A stretch of 64,000 bases of DNA from Patescibacteria group bacterium (GCA_043803385.1 JAZDKA010000041.1:19799-83798), one strand, 5' to 3'. Numbered from the stretch's first letter, positions 8,772 through 18,771 are shown. Numbers and translations: made by a program. Notes: generated by a model not told the origin, from the letters alone.

Positions 8772-10658
8772 ATGTTCAAGAATAGCAAAACTAAAGCAAG
8801 GGCATCCAGAGGGATAGAGCTTGAAGACTATCTTTTTTCCGTTTCAAAAGAAGAATCGGCCAGGATTGAATTCCCGCTGGAAAAAAAGAAATTAGGAATA
8901 TTCTGGGCTATTATCGTAATATTCCTGGCAATTTTGGGAGGAAGAATTTTTTATCTTAATATTGTTAAAGGAAATTATTACAGGGAACTTGCTAATGGAA
9001 ACAGCATCAGGTCGGTTCCGATAAAAGCGCCCAGAGGGAAGATAATGGATCGCTTCGGGAATGTTCTGGTTAATAACGTTCCCAGCGTTGACGCGGTTGC
9101 CATACCTGCCGACCTCCCCAAAAATCCCGATGATATTAAAAAAATATCAGCTGATGTTTCAAAAATACTTTCGATCAGCGAGGAAGATTTTATTTCCAAA
9201 ATTACTTCAGCAGGCATGTCATCGCTTAATCCTATTCTGATAAAAGAAAATATTTCCCAGGATGAATATCTGTCTCTTGAGGAAAGAAGGCCGGATTTTC
9301 CCGGAGTAATGACTGAAAAAACAGCTATCCGCGAATATCCGGACAGCTCGATCTTTTCTCATATTCTCGGGTATGTCGGAAAAATAGACAAAAAAGAGCT
9401 GGAGGGAAGCGGCGGATATCTGCTTACCGATTATATCGGCAAGCAGGGAGTTGAAAAAACATACGAAAAATATCTGAAAGGAAAAAATGGCGCGGTCAAG
9501 GTCGAAGTTGATTCTATGGGAAAAATGAAACAAGAACGAGGAATTATTTCTCCTGAAGCCGGAAATGATTTAGTTTTGGGAATTGACTACGAACTCCAAA
9601 AAAAGATTTATGACGATTTGACCGACATGCTTTCAAAAACAAATACCAGGACTGCCGCAGCGGTGGCAATTGATCCAAAAAATGGAGAAGTGAGAGCGCT
9701 GATAAGCCTTCCGAGCTTTGACAATAATTTGTTTTCCGGAAAAATTTCTCAAGAGGATTATTCGAGATTGATTACTGATCCTGATAAGCCGTTGTTTAAC
9801 AGGGCTATTTCAGGCGAATATCCTCCCGGTTCGACTATTAAGCCATTGATCGCGTCGGCTGCTCTTTCGGAAGGAACGATTACTTCCGATACAACGGTAA
9901 ACGATAGCTCTGGCGCAATAAATATTGGAAGTTATCGTTTTGGGGATTGGAAAATCCACGGAGTGGTGAATATTAGAAAAGCCATAGCGGAAAGTTGCGA
10001 TGTGTTCTTTTATTCGGTAGGAGGAGGTTACGGAGATATAAAAGGTTTAGGAATGGATAGGATGGCGAAATATGAAAATATGTTTGGTTTGGGAAATATT
10101 ATAGGAATTGACATTCCGAGCGAGTCTAGCGGTTTTATCCCTAATACTGCCTGGAAATTGGATAAACTTGGAGAAAAATGGTATCTGGGAGATGATTATC
10201 ATGCGGCAATCGGCCAGGGTTTTTTAACAGCCACTCCGCTTCAAATAGTCAATTATATTGCGGCTATATCCAATGGAGGAACTTTATACCAGCCGAGAGT
10301 AGTATCTAAAATTGTTGATGAGGAAGGAAAAACTATCAATAATTCATCAGTTGCAATAAGAGATAAATTTATTTCTCCCGATATTTTGAAAATTGTGCAG
10401 GAAGGAATGAGAGAAGCAGTCGTTTCCGGATCAGCAAGGTCGCTAAACGATCTTCTAGTCCACGTGGCCGGAAAAACAGGAACATCCCAGTTTGGCAGTG
10501 AAAATAAAACCCATGCCTGGTTTGTTTCCTACGCGCCTTATGAAAATCCAGAACTCGCCATGATAATCCTGGTTGAAGGTGGGGGAGAGGGAAGCTCCAG
10601 CGCCGTTCCGGTGACAAGAGATGTTTACCAATGGTATTTTGGAGAAAGGAATAAATAA
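8772..10658 (+). CDS. mrdA: Penicillin-binding protein 2 (peptidoglycan D,D-transpeptidase)
   Basis: N-terminal TM segment, then SxxK (GSTIKP), SxN-like SCD and KTG (AGKTGT) motifs. Length 628 aa, following mreBCD. Confidence 0.85.
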   Translation: MFKNSKTKARASRGIELEDYLFSVSKEESARIEFPLEKKKLGIFWAIIVIFLAILGGRIFYLNIVKGNYYRELANGNSIRSVPIKAPRGKIMDRFGNVLVNNVPSVDAVAIPADLPKNPDDIKKISADVSKILSISEEDFISKITSAGMSSLNPILIKENISQDEYLSLEERRPDFPGVMTEKTAIREYPDSSIFSHILGYVGKIDKKELEGSGGYLLTDYIGKQGVEKTYEKYLKGKNGAVKVEVDSMGKMKQERGIISPEAGNDLVLGIDYELQKKIYDDLTDMLSKTNTRTAAAVAIDPKNGEVRALISLPSFDNNLFSGKISQEDYSRLITDPDKPLFNRAISGEYPPGSTIKPLIASAALSEGTITSDTTVNDSSGAINIGSYRFGDWKIHGVVNIRKAIAESCDVFFYSVGGGYGDIKGLGMDRMAKYENMFGLGNIIGIDIPSESSGFIPNTAWKLDKLGEKWYLGDDYHAAIGQGFLTATPLQIVNYIAAISNGGTLYQPRVVSKIVDEEGKTINNSSVAIRDKFISPDILKIVQEGMREAVVSGSARSLNDLLVHVAGKTGTSQFGSENKTHAWFVSYAPYENPELAMIILVEGGGEGSSSAVPVTRDVYQWYFGERNK

Positions 10659-10661
10659 TAA

Positions 10662-10688
10662 TTAGCAATCTTGACATCCGAGTGCTAA
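10662..10688 (+). promoter_or_regulatory. CIRCE (HrcA operator) inverted repeat upstream of groES
   Basis: TTAGCAATC-N9-GAGTGCTAA has one mismatch to the consensus TTAGCACTC-N9-GAGTGCTAA. Confidence 0.8.
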
Positions 10689-10699
10689 TAAGCTAAAAT
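10671..10699 (+). promoter_or_regulatory. Sigma70-type promoter for groES (-35 TTGACA, 17-nt spacer, -10 TAAAAT)
   Basis: TTGACA at 10671-10676 and TAAAAT at 10694-10699. The promoter overlaps CIRCE. Confidence 0.65.
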
Positions 10700-10731
10700 A
10701 AAAAAGCTAATAATTAATTTTTTAGTAGAAT

Positions 10732-11007
10732 ATGAAAAAATTAACAGTAAAACCACTAGGCGAAAACGTTTTGATTAAGCCGGAAAAATCCGATAAGAAA
10801 ACTGATTCCGGAATTTTTCTTCCCGAAAACGCTTCCGAAGAAAAACCCCAGCAAGGGAAAGTAATTGAAGTAGGGGATAGCAAAGAAATTAAAGTCAAAA
10901 AGAACCAAAAAGTCATTTTCAACCGCTACAGCGGAACAGAAGTAAAGATTGAAGGAGAAGAATATTTGATTGTGAAAAATGAAGATGTCCTGGCGGTGAT
11001 TGGTTAA
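10732..11007 (+). CDS. groES: Co-chaperonin GroES
   Basis: A 91-aa protein: MKKLTVKPLGENVLIKP...GKVIEVG...EYLIVKNEDVLAVI. Confidence 0.9.
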   Translation: MKKLTVKPLGENVLIKPEKSDKKTDSGIFLPENASEEKPQQGKVIEVGDSKEIKVKKNQKVIFNRYSGTEVKIEGEEYLIVKNEDVLAVIG

Positions 11008-11025
11008 AATTTTTAAGCGTTTTTA

Positions 11026-11068
11026 AAAGCCGAGCTTTAGGATTTTCCTAAAGCTCGGCTTGGTTTAT
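11026..11068 (+). terminator. Rho-independent terminator after groES
   Basis: 15-bp stem aagccgagctttagg/cctaaagctcggctt, followed by a T-rich tract. Confidence 0.75.
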
Positions 11069-11148
11069 AATTAAAAATAAAAAAACAGGGCAACACATTT
11101 ATGTGCGCCCCTTCGAACTTTCGAAATTTTGGTCAATCTCCTATTGAC

Positions 11149-11691
11149 CTACGTTCTCATTTTTTTGATGGTAATTATCGCTTTCTTGAGATTCTCCAGG
11201 TAGAGAGGGGTATTAATAGCTGCGAGAGCATCCATCGAAATATTCACGGCTACTATGCAAATAACGTTGAGAGCTTCACACTTTGCAGAGCTTTCGCTAC
11301 ACACTTTTAGTATCGAGCAGTTTTCGCATATATCATCGAAAACTGCATCGATGCCTTCCATACCCATCTTTTCCAGAGACGATGAGGTTGCTCGCCTTTT
11401 GTGTGTAGCTGGCTTTTCTTCCGGATTCTCGGCAGCTTCCTCAATCTGCTGATTAAGATTGTCAATGGCCTGTTGCACGGTTGATTTGAGATCGGGCATT
11501 TCAGCTTCGCGGTTGATCTTGCTTATCGCGTTGCTGAAAGTTTTAATGAGTCCGAGGATATCCTCGGGCGGAACTATTCCTCCTGCGGAATACACTTCTG
11601 CCCAATGGCTCAACTTAGACACCAGAGTTAAAGATTCCGAAAGTTCTTCCATACAAATCAAATGAACCGGTCTCCACTTTTTTTCGTCCAT
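11149..11691 (-). CDS. Hypothetical Cys-rich protein, foreign-looking
   Basis: A 180-aa ORF with AAAGGAGGATTCAAA-ATG SD and higher GC and codon bias than its neighbours. C-terminal CENCSILKVCSESSAKCEALNVIC cluster. Confidence 0.5.
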   Translation of the reverse strand: MDEKKWRPVHLICMEELSESLTLVSKLSHWAEVYSAGGIVPPEDILGLIKTFSNAISKINREAEMPDLKSTVQQAIDNLNQQIEEAAENPEEKPATHKRRATSSSLEKMGMEGIDAVFDDICENCSILKVCSESSAKCEALNVICIVAVNISMDALAAINTPLYLENLKKAIITIKKMRT

Positions 11692-11761
11692 TTTGAATCC
11701 TCCTTTTTGGCTTTATTGAACAACATAATAAGATAACACTCCTAGCGCTAGCTGTCAATAT

Positions 11762-12358
11762 TCAAATTTTAATTTCAGATATCGGGACATCAATTTGTTC
11801 CTGGATCTGTTTTTCTATATTTCTGCAGGCATCTAGCAATCTTTCAAAATTCGGACGGCTGGTATATTTTGGCATTCGTTTTCTGATATCATCAAATCTG
11901 TCATTTAATGTTCCCAATCCGGAAGGCAAAACTCTCAAATCAGAATAAAGAAGTATTTTCAAATACCAGTCATTACCGCCGGCAGTTTTAATTGAATTTC
12001 CAAAAGATTTTTTTAAAATTATATCAATTATTTTTTTGTCTATTTTTATTTCAGGAAGTATCTTTTTAGTTGCCTCGTGGTCATCTGATCCATATTTCTC
12101 TATCATTTTTTTCTGCACATTTTTCCAATAGCTGACATTATCTTTTTTGGTTCCCAATAAATCAGAGTATTTATCCAAATCGAATTTAACAATATTGCCA
12201 ATGTCATGAAGAAGAGCTGATTTCTGAATAATTTCCCAATCCAACCACGGTCCCTTCCAATGGATTTTGATAAAATTTGCAACTTCAGCCACTCTCTTCA
12301 TATGCTTCTGAAGATTGGGCGGGACTGAATATTTTTCGTATATTTTCTCAATGTTCAT
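11762..12358 (-). CDS. HD-domain phosphohydrolase family protein
   Basis: Has the H...LLHDIG metal-binding motif. Length 198 aa. Confidence 0.65.
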   Translation of the reverse strand: MNIEKIYEKYSVPPNLQKHMKRVAEVANFIKIHWKGPWLDWEIIQKSALLHDIGNIVKFDLDKYSDLLGTKKDNVSYWKNVQKKMIEKYGSDDHEATKKILPEIKIDKKIIDIILKKSFGNSIKTAGGNDWYLKILLYSDLRVLPSGLGTLNDRFDDIRKRMPKYTSRPNFERLLDACRNIEKQIQEQIDVPISEIKI

Positions 12359-12406
12359 ACTTTAAATATTTGTATATTTGTAATTAATTTGTAATTCGTA
12401 GAAGTT

Positions 12407-13204
12407 TTATTTTTTCACCGGAAATCCTTTTTCTTTCCATCCTGCGAAACCGCCCTGGAGGGATTGAGAAGCGAGGAAGCCGAGGTCGTAGAGGCGGACT
12501 CCGCCCTGAAATCCCTGGGTTTCCGTGTCTCCATAAACGAATATTTCTTTTCCGTAAGGTATTTTATCCTTGGATTTTTCAAGATCGTCGGCAAATATAT
12601 TTATGGCTCCGGGAATGTGGCCGTTATCAAAAGACTGTTTTCCTCTGATGTCAATTATAAATTTTTGGTAGTTGCTATTTTCAACAATTTCCTTGAGCTT
12701 TTCCGGCTCGATATAAGTGACTTTCGACTGATCGAAGAATGAACTCGGATTTCCGATGGATATCGTGTTTCCATTTGAATTTTTCCAAGCAGGAAATCCG
12801 CCAGTCAAGACAAGAACGCTCTTAGTTTGCTTGTTTTTTAAAAGTTTTATAATTCCTGAATATTCATCGCTTTCGCTGGAATTTCCGATGATAATTATCG
12901 TTTTTTCCGGATTTATTTCATTTGCCGATTCTTCCGAATTGATATTAAGGGAATCAACGATGTGTTCTATTTTAAATTCATCCTGGCTTCTGATGTCTAT
13001 GATTTGGATGTTTTCAGAATTCTTTATTTTGCTCTTTAAATCATCAGCTGATACTTGGGCATAGCTGATAACTTCCTTCGAGGCATTACTTTTTCCGGAA
13101 TCTTGCTTTTTAAATCCTGACCTGAAAAAGGTAAAAACAAAAACGAGGGCAATTAAGAGAAGGCCTATCAGCATCACTTTATTATTTTTTTTCTCGTCGT
13201 TCAT
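12407..13204 (-). CDS. Membrane-anchored tandem rhodanese-like domain protein (active-site Cys apparently absent)
   Basis: N-terminal TM segment and two rhodanese-like modules (IIDIRSQDEF..., IIDIRGKQSFDNGHIPGAINI). The loop positions carry S/D instead of Cys. Confidence 0.6.
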   Translation of the reverse strand: MNDEKKNNKVMLIGLLLIALVFVFTFFRSGFKKQDSGKSNASKEVISYAQVSADDLKSKIKNSENIQIIDIRSQDEFKIEHIVDSLNINSEESANEINPEKTIIIIGNSSESDEYSGIIKLLKNKQTKSVLVLTGGFPAWKNSNGNTISIGNPSSFFDQSKVTYIEPEKLKEIVENSNYQKFIIDIRGKQSFDNGHIPGAINIFADDLEKSKDKIPYGKEIFVYGDTETQGFQGGVRLYDLGFLASQSLQGGFAGWKEKGFPVKK

Positions 13205-14157
13205 TTTAATTTGCTTCCAATAAAGTTAGGATATCCATTGATAAAATCTTTTATCAAAACCAGTTTTTTGCCTTCAACTTGAACTTCTTCCATAATAATA
13301 GCTCCTTTGGATGCTTTCACACCAACGCTATCATTTATTTTTATGACTTCTCCGATTTGGCAGTTATTTTCAACATCTTTTTCCCATAGCTTTATTTTAG
13401 TAAGTTTTATTCTTATTATTATTTTTTCATTTCCCCAGACAGAAAAAATTCCCGGCCAAGAATAAAAAGCCCGATATTTATTATATATATCCTGCGCTTC
13501 TGAATCCCAAAAAATATGCCCGTCTTCTCTTTCGATAAGCTGGCAATAAGTGGCTTTTGAATTGTCTTGTTTTTGAGGCTTGATTTTTTTTTCTGTCCAG
13601 AGCGGAATAGTTTCTAAAAGCAGATAAGAACTAAGTTTTGCCAATTTTTCCGAAAGAGTTTCCGTAGTATCGTCCTCACTCATTTTTATGCTTTTTTGTG
13701 CGAGAATATCGCCATGGTCCATTTTTTCATCAACGAGCATTATCGTTGTTCCCGTTTCTTTTTCTCCGGCAAGTATCGCGTTTTGAATAGGCGATGGGCC
13801 ACGGAATTCTGGAAGAAGCGAGGGGTGGACATTTATGCTTTTGAATTTAGGATATTCAATAATTTCCTTCGGGATTATTTTTCCATACGCCGCAACAATT
13901 ATAAGATCCGGATGGGATCCTTTTATTTGAGAAATTACTTTCTCCGTTAATTTTTCCGGCTGAAGAAAAGGAATTTTTTGGGCTCTAGCTATTTCTTTTA
14001 TGGGGCTGGAAATTATCTTTCTTTCTCGTCCTGATTTTTTGTCAGGCTGGGTAACAACTCCCAAAATTTTATATTTATCCTCAATTAAAGAAGCCAGAAT
14101 TTCTTTGGCAAAATAGGAAGTGCCCATAAAGAGTATTTTTATATTTTCTTTTTCCAT
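13201..14157 (-). CDS. fmt: Methionyl-tRNA formyltransferase
   Basis: MGTSYFA... HPSLLPEFRGPSPIQNAIL. Length 318 aa; overlaps def as in the canonical def-fmt operon. Confidence 0.85.
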   Translation of the reverse strand: MEKENIKILFMGTSYFAKEILASLIEDKYKILGVVTQPDKKSGRERKIISSPIKEIARAQKIPFLQPEKLTEKVISQIKGSHPDLIIVAAYGKIIPKEIIEYPKFKSINVHPSLLPEFRGPSPIQNAILAGEKETGTTIMLVDEKMDHGDILAQKSIKMSEDDTTETLSEKLAKLSSYLLLETIPLWTEKKIKPQKQDNSKATYCQLIEREDGHIFWDSEAQDIYNKYRAFYSWPGIFSVWGNEKIIIRIKLTKIKLWEKDVENNCQIGEVIKINDSVGVKASKGAIIMEEVQVEGKKLVLIKDFINGYPNFIGSKLK

Positions 14158-14591
14158 TTTTTTGCTCTTTCAATGAATAAAATCCCGTCGAGATGATCGA
14201 TTTCATGCTGGATTATCCTAGCCAAAAGGCCATCGGTTTTCAATTTTGTCTCGACTCCTTTTTCATTCAAAAATCTCACTTTAACTTTTTTTGAACGTTT
14301 GATAAGCAAAAATTTTCCTGGAAAACTCAAGCAGCCTTCCTCGCCGATTTCTTTTTCTCGTGAATAGGAAGTGATTTTGGGGTTTATCAAAGCGAAAATT
14401 TCTCCGTCGTTTTGAATGACGCAGAGCCTTAATAATTTTCCAACTTGAGGCGCGGCCAGTCCGGCTCCGTCAGCTTCTTTTAAAATAGCCATCATATTTT
14501 TAGCAAGAGCTTGTATTTCCGGATCAAGAGCCTTTTTTATCTTTTTTGCCTTTTTCTCGAGTATTTTGTTGGGGTAAGTTAATATTTTCAT
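14139..14591 (-). CDS. def: Peptide deformylase
   Basis: Has GLAAPQVG, EGCLSFPG and HEIDHLDG motifs. Confidence 0.9.
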   Translation of the reverse strand: MKILTYPNKILEKKAKKIKKALDPEIQALAKNMMAILKEADGAGLAAPQVGKLLRLCVIQNDGEIFALINPKITSYSREKEIGEEGCLSFPGKFLLIKRSKKVKVRFLNEKGVETKLKTDGLLARIIQHEIDHLDGILFIERAKKWKKKI

Positions 14592-14745
14592 TTACCCTGT
14601 TAAATAAGATTTGAGTTTGTCTCAATGAATCTCTTATTTTTATAATTACTTAATTCAATTAATTTCTTTATTCACTCCCTGTGATTAGTTCAAATCTATT
14701 TTTTAAACTTATAGAAGTTTAAAAAATTTATTTAACAGGGTGAAT

Positions 14746-16776
14746 TTATATTAGACTTATCGGATCAACGTCGATTACCCAGTCGCTCGAAAGCATTTTT
14801 AAGTGGCGCTTTAGTTCTTGGGGGACATCATTTACCCCCACACCAATATTTTTATTATTGGCTAGAGGCATTAAATTATCGACATTGGTGTGGGGGTGTA
14901 TCTTTATTATAATCTGTTTTCGGAATTTGTCCCGTACTTTTGAAAGCTGGGGAGTAAACGGTTCAAAAATTGAAATATTTTTGTCTCTCTCGGATAATTT
15001 CCTGATTCTTTCAAAAACTGCTGCACTTTCCTTTTCTATTATTTTTTTATTGGCAGTCCGCAGGATCAATTTGATAATTTTGTAAAACGGCGGATATTTA
15101 AGTGTTTTTCTTTCCTCTATAATTTTTGCGTAAAAACCTTCCAGATCATTTTGAATTACATATTTAATTACGTAATTATCCGGATTATATGCCTGAATCA
15201 CAAGCTTTCCGTTGCTTGCTTTTCCTTTGATTTGCATTAACGCCTGAAAAGCTTTTTCATCTGAATTAAAATCGGAAAAATCCAGCAAATCGTCGGCATT
15301 TATAATACCAATTAAGCCAAGATAAGGCAATTCCCAGCCCTTAAGAACCGCTTGAGTTCCGATTAGGATATCGTGTTTTTTATCCCGGATATTTTCGAAT
15401 ATTTTTTGCTGGCCATCTTTGCTTTTCAGCGATTCGAAATCAACAAGCTTTGTTTTTGCTCCCGGAAAAATTTTCTTTATTTCCCGTTCAACTGTCTGAT
15501 TTCCGGTTCCAATATTTTTAAATTCCACCCCATTGCATTTTGGACAGTAGGGGAAAATATCCGTTTTGTATGAACAGTGGAAGCAGCGATAAATCCCGCT
15601 GCTATCATAGATTAAAGCTCTCTCGCATCGGGGACAGCGGAAAACTTCTTTGCAACTTGCGCAAATCGAAAAGGAGCTCATTCCCCGGCGATTAACGAAA
15701 AGAAATACTTGCTTGCCGTATTTAAGCGTAAATCCAATTTCCGATATTAACTTTTTACTAAATATGATATTATTATTTCTTTTTCTGCTATTATTATTCC
15801 ATCCCTCATTTCTCATGTCTACAATTTCTAAATCAAAATCCTTGATTCGTGATTTATGATTCATAATTCTTTCGTGCTTATAATACGAATCGACATTCGG
15901 TGCAATCGACCATAATACTAGCTTGCTATTATAAATTTTTGCCAATTCCTCAGCTACTTTAACCGCGCTATATCTCGGGTTCATATCCCATTGCTTGTAA
16001 GAAATATCCTGCTCCTCATCAACAATTATTAATCCCAAATTTTTAAATGGCGCGAAAACCGCCTGCCGGGTGCCGATGATAATTTTCGCTTCGCCGGATT
16101 TTATTTTAGTGTAATTTTCGTATAATTCGCTGCCCTTGAGCTGGCTATGGAAAAGAGCGATTGAATTCTCATCGAAATATTCTCTTAAAATTTCCAGAAC
16201 ATGATAGGCGAGTGGAATTTCTGGAACAAGTAGTAATGTTTGTTTTTTAGCTTTTAAATTTTTCTTTATTAACTCCAGACAAATTTGAACTCCTTCACTA
16301 CCGGCAATCAATAGATATTTTGTATCTTGTATTTCGTATTTAGTATTTTTTAATATCGCAGCTACTATTTTTTTCTGTTCTGCAGCTAATACTATTTTTT
16401 TAAATTTCTTGTTCCTTGTCTCTTGCTCCTTGTCTCTTGATTTTGTCTTTTTCACCACAAAAAACTTCAATACTATACCTAGCGGACATAAGTAATATTC
16501 CGACACAAATTTAGCCAGTTCCAACTGTTTTTCGGTCAAAAATTTTTCATCCAGGATTTTATTAATTTTTTTAAGCTTGATATGCCCGAACCGGAAAAAA
16601 TCATCCCGATTATTTATCACGATTCCGTTGATATTCCTTCGAAAGAGGGGAATGGAAACGAGCGAGCCAAAAGATACAGGGCTATCATTTAAATACGAAA
16701 AACTCTGCTGTCTGGTAAGCGGCAGGCGAGTGAGCGGGATAACGTCAATAATGGTGTTTTTTTCTTCTTTTTTCAT
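14746..16776 (-). CDS. priA: Primosomal protein N' (PriA helicase), Walker A apparently degenerate
   Basis: Has the DEEQ box, the 4-Cys zinc ribbons CASCKEVFRCPRCE...CFHCSYK...CPKCNG, and a C-terminal domain. The P-loop region reads IAGSEGVQ (no GKT). The C-terminus contains the in-frame family C insertion (HPHTNVDNLMPLANNKNIGVGV). Confidence 0.8.
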   Translation of the reverse strand: MKKEEKNTIIDVIPLTRLPLTRQQSFSYLNDSPVSFGSLVSIPLFRRNINGIVINNRDDFFRFGHIKLKKINKILDEKFLTEKQLELAKFVSEYYLCPLGIVLKFFVVKKTKSRDKEQETRNKKFKKIVLAAEQKKIVAAILKNTKYEIQDTKYLLIAGSEGVQICLELIKKNLKAKKQTLLLVPEIPLAYHVLEILREYFDENSIALFHSQLKGSELYENYTKIKSGEAKIIIGTRQAVFAPFKNLGLIIVDEEQDISYKQWDMNPRYSAVKVAEELAKIYNSKLVLWSIAPNVDSYYKHERIMNHKSRIKDFDLEIVDMRNEGWNNNSRKRNNNIIFSKKLISEIGFTLKYGKQVFLFVNRRGMSSFSICASCKEVFRCPRCERALIYDSSGIYRCFHCSYKTDIFPYCPKCNGVEFKNIGTGNQTVEREIKKIFPGAKTKLVDFESLKSKDGQQKIFENIRDKKHDILIGTQAVLKGWELPYLGLIGIINADDLLDFSDFNSDEKAFQALMQIKGKASNGKLVIQAYNPDNYVIKYVIQNDLEGFYAKIIEERKTLKYPPFYKIIKLILRTANKKIIEKESAAVFERIRKLSERDKNISIFEPFTPQLSKVRDKFRKQIIIKIHPHTNVDNLMPLANNKNIGVGVNDVPQELKRHLKMLSSDWVIDVDPISLI
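14833..14897 (-). repeat. Family C palindromic element copy C2, in-frame inside priA
   Basis: acccccacaccaat...attggtgtggggg. It is ~85% identical to the copy in ligT and is read in the same frame in both genes. Confidence 0.75.
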
Positions 16777-16849
16777 ATATTTATTCTAGCATTCGTTAGA
16801 ATAAAGGCAAAGTTTGAAAAATTGCTGTATTTAAGCTAGAATTAAATAT

Positions 16850-17458
16850 ATGCAAAGGAGAATTTTTATCGGCATTAGCTTGCCAGAGGATGTTAAAAAA
16901 AGGATAAATCAAAGGATTGAGAAATGGAAGGAGTTGCCAATCTGTCCCCACACCAATAGCGGGGATAATTTATCTTCAGCCAATAGTAAAAATATTGGTG
17001 TGGGGATAACATGGTCGCTTCCGGAGAATTTTCATATCACTTTGTCTTTCTTGGGTTTTGTGGGTGATGAAAGTCTGGCTGATATTTGTTTGGCTATTAA
17101 AAAAACTGCTCAAAATTTTGAGAGTTTTGATATTGATTTTGAAGGAATAAGATTGGGACCGGATCCGGAAGATCCAAGGATGGTCTGGCTTTTTGGCGGC
17201 GCCAGTAAGGAACTTCGAAAACTACAAACTGAAATTGAAAAATCTTTGGATATTTTTGTGAGTGAAAAAAAAGAATTTAAACCGCATGTGACACTGGGGA
17301 AAATAGACAGAGGGAAATGGAAAACTCTACCGGAAAAACCGAAAATAGAAGAGCGATATAAAGTTTCTATTCCGGTTGAAAGTGTGGATATTTTTGAAAG
17401 CAAGATTGAAAAAGGAAGAACAAGATACACGGTCTTGGAATCGTGCAAATTAAAATAA
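16850..17458 (+). CDS. ligT: 2H phosphoesterase (RNA 2',3'-cyclic phosphodiesterase LigT/ThpR-like)
   Basis: Two H-x-T/S-x motifs (FHITLSFLG and PHVTLGK). An inserted peptide CPHTNSGDNLSSANSKNIGVGI near the N-terminus is encoded by the family C element. Confidence 0.7.
   Translation: MQRRIFIGISLPEDVKKRINQRIEKWKELPICPHTNSGDNLSSANSKNIGVGITWSLPENFHITLSFLGFVGDESLADICLAIKKTAQNFESFDIDFEGIRLGPDPEDPRMVWLFGGASKELRKLQTEIEKSLDIFVSEKKEFKPHVTLGKIDRGKWKTLPEKPKIEERYKVSIPVESVDIFESKIEKGRTRYTVLESCKLK
16945..17007 (+). repeat. Family C palindromic element copy C3, in-frame inside ligT
   Basis: tccccacaccaatagc...aatattggtgtgggga. Confidence 0.75.
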
Positions 17459-17530
17459 CCAAATCGCAACAAAACTTAAATTATATGCTATAGCATTAAA
17501 TTTAAGTTTTGTTGCGGAGTTAATGAATAG

Positions 17531-18349
17531 ATGGATATCCTGGGAGTTAAAGTGGATAATTTGGATAGGGGAGAGATATTAGAAAAAATATCTCGTTTTT
17601 TGAGCGAAAATAATTTTAGGCAAATTGCGACAATTAATCAGGAAATTATCTTGAAGGCGCAAGAGGACGAGGAATTTAAAAATATATTAAATAGCTGTGA
17701 TTTAAATGTGGCTGATTCGATTGGAATAAAATTTGCATTTTGGTGGCTAGGAGGAAAATTAAAATGCCGGATGACTGGAATCGATTTGATGCAGGAAATT
17801 TTGAAAATAGCCGATGAAAGGAAATTAAAAGTATTTCTAGCAGCTAATAATAGGGGATTGAGCAGTTGGGAAGAGACAAAAGACGCAATTTTGAAAATTT
17901 ATCCAAGTCTGGAAATTAGTGGGGCGAATATGGATAAAAATAAAGTCGTTGGTCATCAGTTATTGGTCATTGGCGAGAATGATATAGTTTTCTGCAATTT
18001 CGGTGCGCCGTTTCAAGAAAAGTTCCTGAATAGCTTAAAATGTGATTTACCCCCACACCTTTTTAAAGAAAATAATAATATGGTTAAAAATAACTTAGAA
18101 AATAGTAATTTAAATGAAAATTATGGTTTGCATAATAAAAGGTGTGGGGGTAAAATAAAGCTAGCCGTCGGAGTAGGGGGTAGTTTTGATTATCTGACTG
18201 GTAAACTAAAAAGAGCACCAAAATGGATGCAATTTTTTGGCGTTGAATGGTTTTGGCGATTGCTATTGCAGCCGAAAAGAATTAAAAGGATTTTTAACGC
18301 GGTGATAATCTTTCCAATTAAATTAATTTTTTATAAAAAAACATTATGA
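17531..18349 (+). CDS. WecB/TagA/CpsF family glycosyltransferase
   Basis: MDILGVKVDNL..., ...GAPFQE..., ...VGVGGSFD...RAPKW...EW.WRLLLQPKR. A ~35-aa insertion between the QE and GVGG motifs is encoded by family C copy C4. Confidence 0.75.
   Translation: MDILGVKVDNLDRGEILEKISRFLSENNFRQIATINQEIILKAQEDEEFKNILNSCDLNVADSIGIKFAFWWLGGKLKCRMTGIDLMQEILKIADERKLKVFLAANNRGLSSWEETKDAILKIYPSLEISGANMDKNKVVGHQLLVIGENDIVFCNFGAPFQEKFLNSLKCDLPPHLFKENNNMVKNNLENSNLNENYGLHNKRCGGKIKLAVGVGGSFDYLTGKLKRAPKWMQFFGVEWFWRLLLQPKRIKRIFNAVIIFPIKLIFYKKTL
18047..18153 (+). repeat. Family C palindromic element copy C4, in-frame inside the WecB/TagA gene
   Basis: tacccccacacc ... ggtgtgggggta flanks ~80 nt. Confidence 0.7.
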
Positions 18350-18771
18350 CAACAAAATCAAAAATTATCCGGACAATTTATCTGTATGTGGCGGCGCTGG
18401 TGAGTCTGATTTTCGTCGCAGTTGGGACGGGAACAATTTTAAACACGGTTCTTAAAGCATATGTTTTTCCCAAAGCAGAGAAAGGAGGATTTAGCCGCTG
18501 TAATGGCCAGCCGCCAGTTTATGCCCTGGATAAAAACGCTTTGGCTGGAGCAGCAACAACTGATCAAAAGGTCCAGCTTGATAATTTGCTTCGGGATTAT
18601 GAACAGTGGAAAAAAGACAATACGGGAGAAGAATGTTATAGCCAGGAAAGGCAGAGTAATGTCGTGGACGCCATCACTATGATTATGATAGCCCTGCCGA
18701 TCTGCTTGTTTCATTGGAGATTAATCAAAAAAGATAAAGGAGAAAAAGAAGCGGAAAGTTCAGTCGTATAA
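18346..18771 (+). CDS. Hypothetical membrane protein (2 TM)
   Basis: A 141-aa protein with N- and C-terminal hydrophobic helices. ATGA overlap with the upstream gene. Confidence 0.45.
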   Translation: MTTKSKIIRTIYLYVAALVSLIFVAVGTGTILNTVLKAYVFPKAEKGGFSRCNGQPPVYALDKNALAGAATTDQKVQLDNLLRDYEQWKKDNTGEECYSQERQSNVVDAITMIMIALPICLFHWRLIKKDKGEKEAESSVV

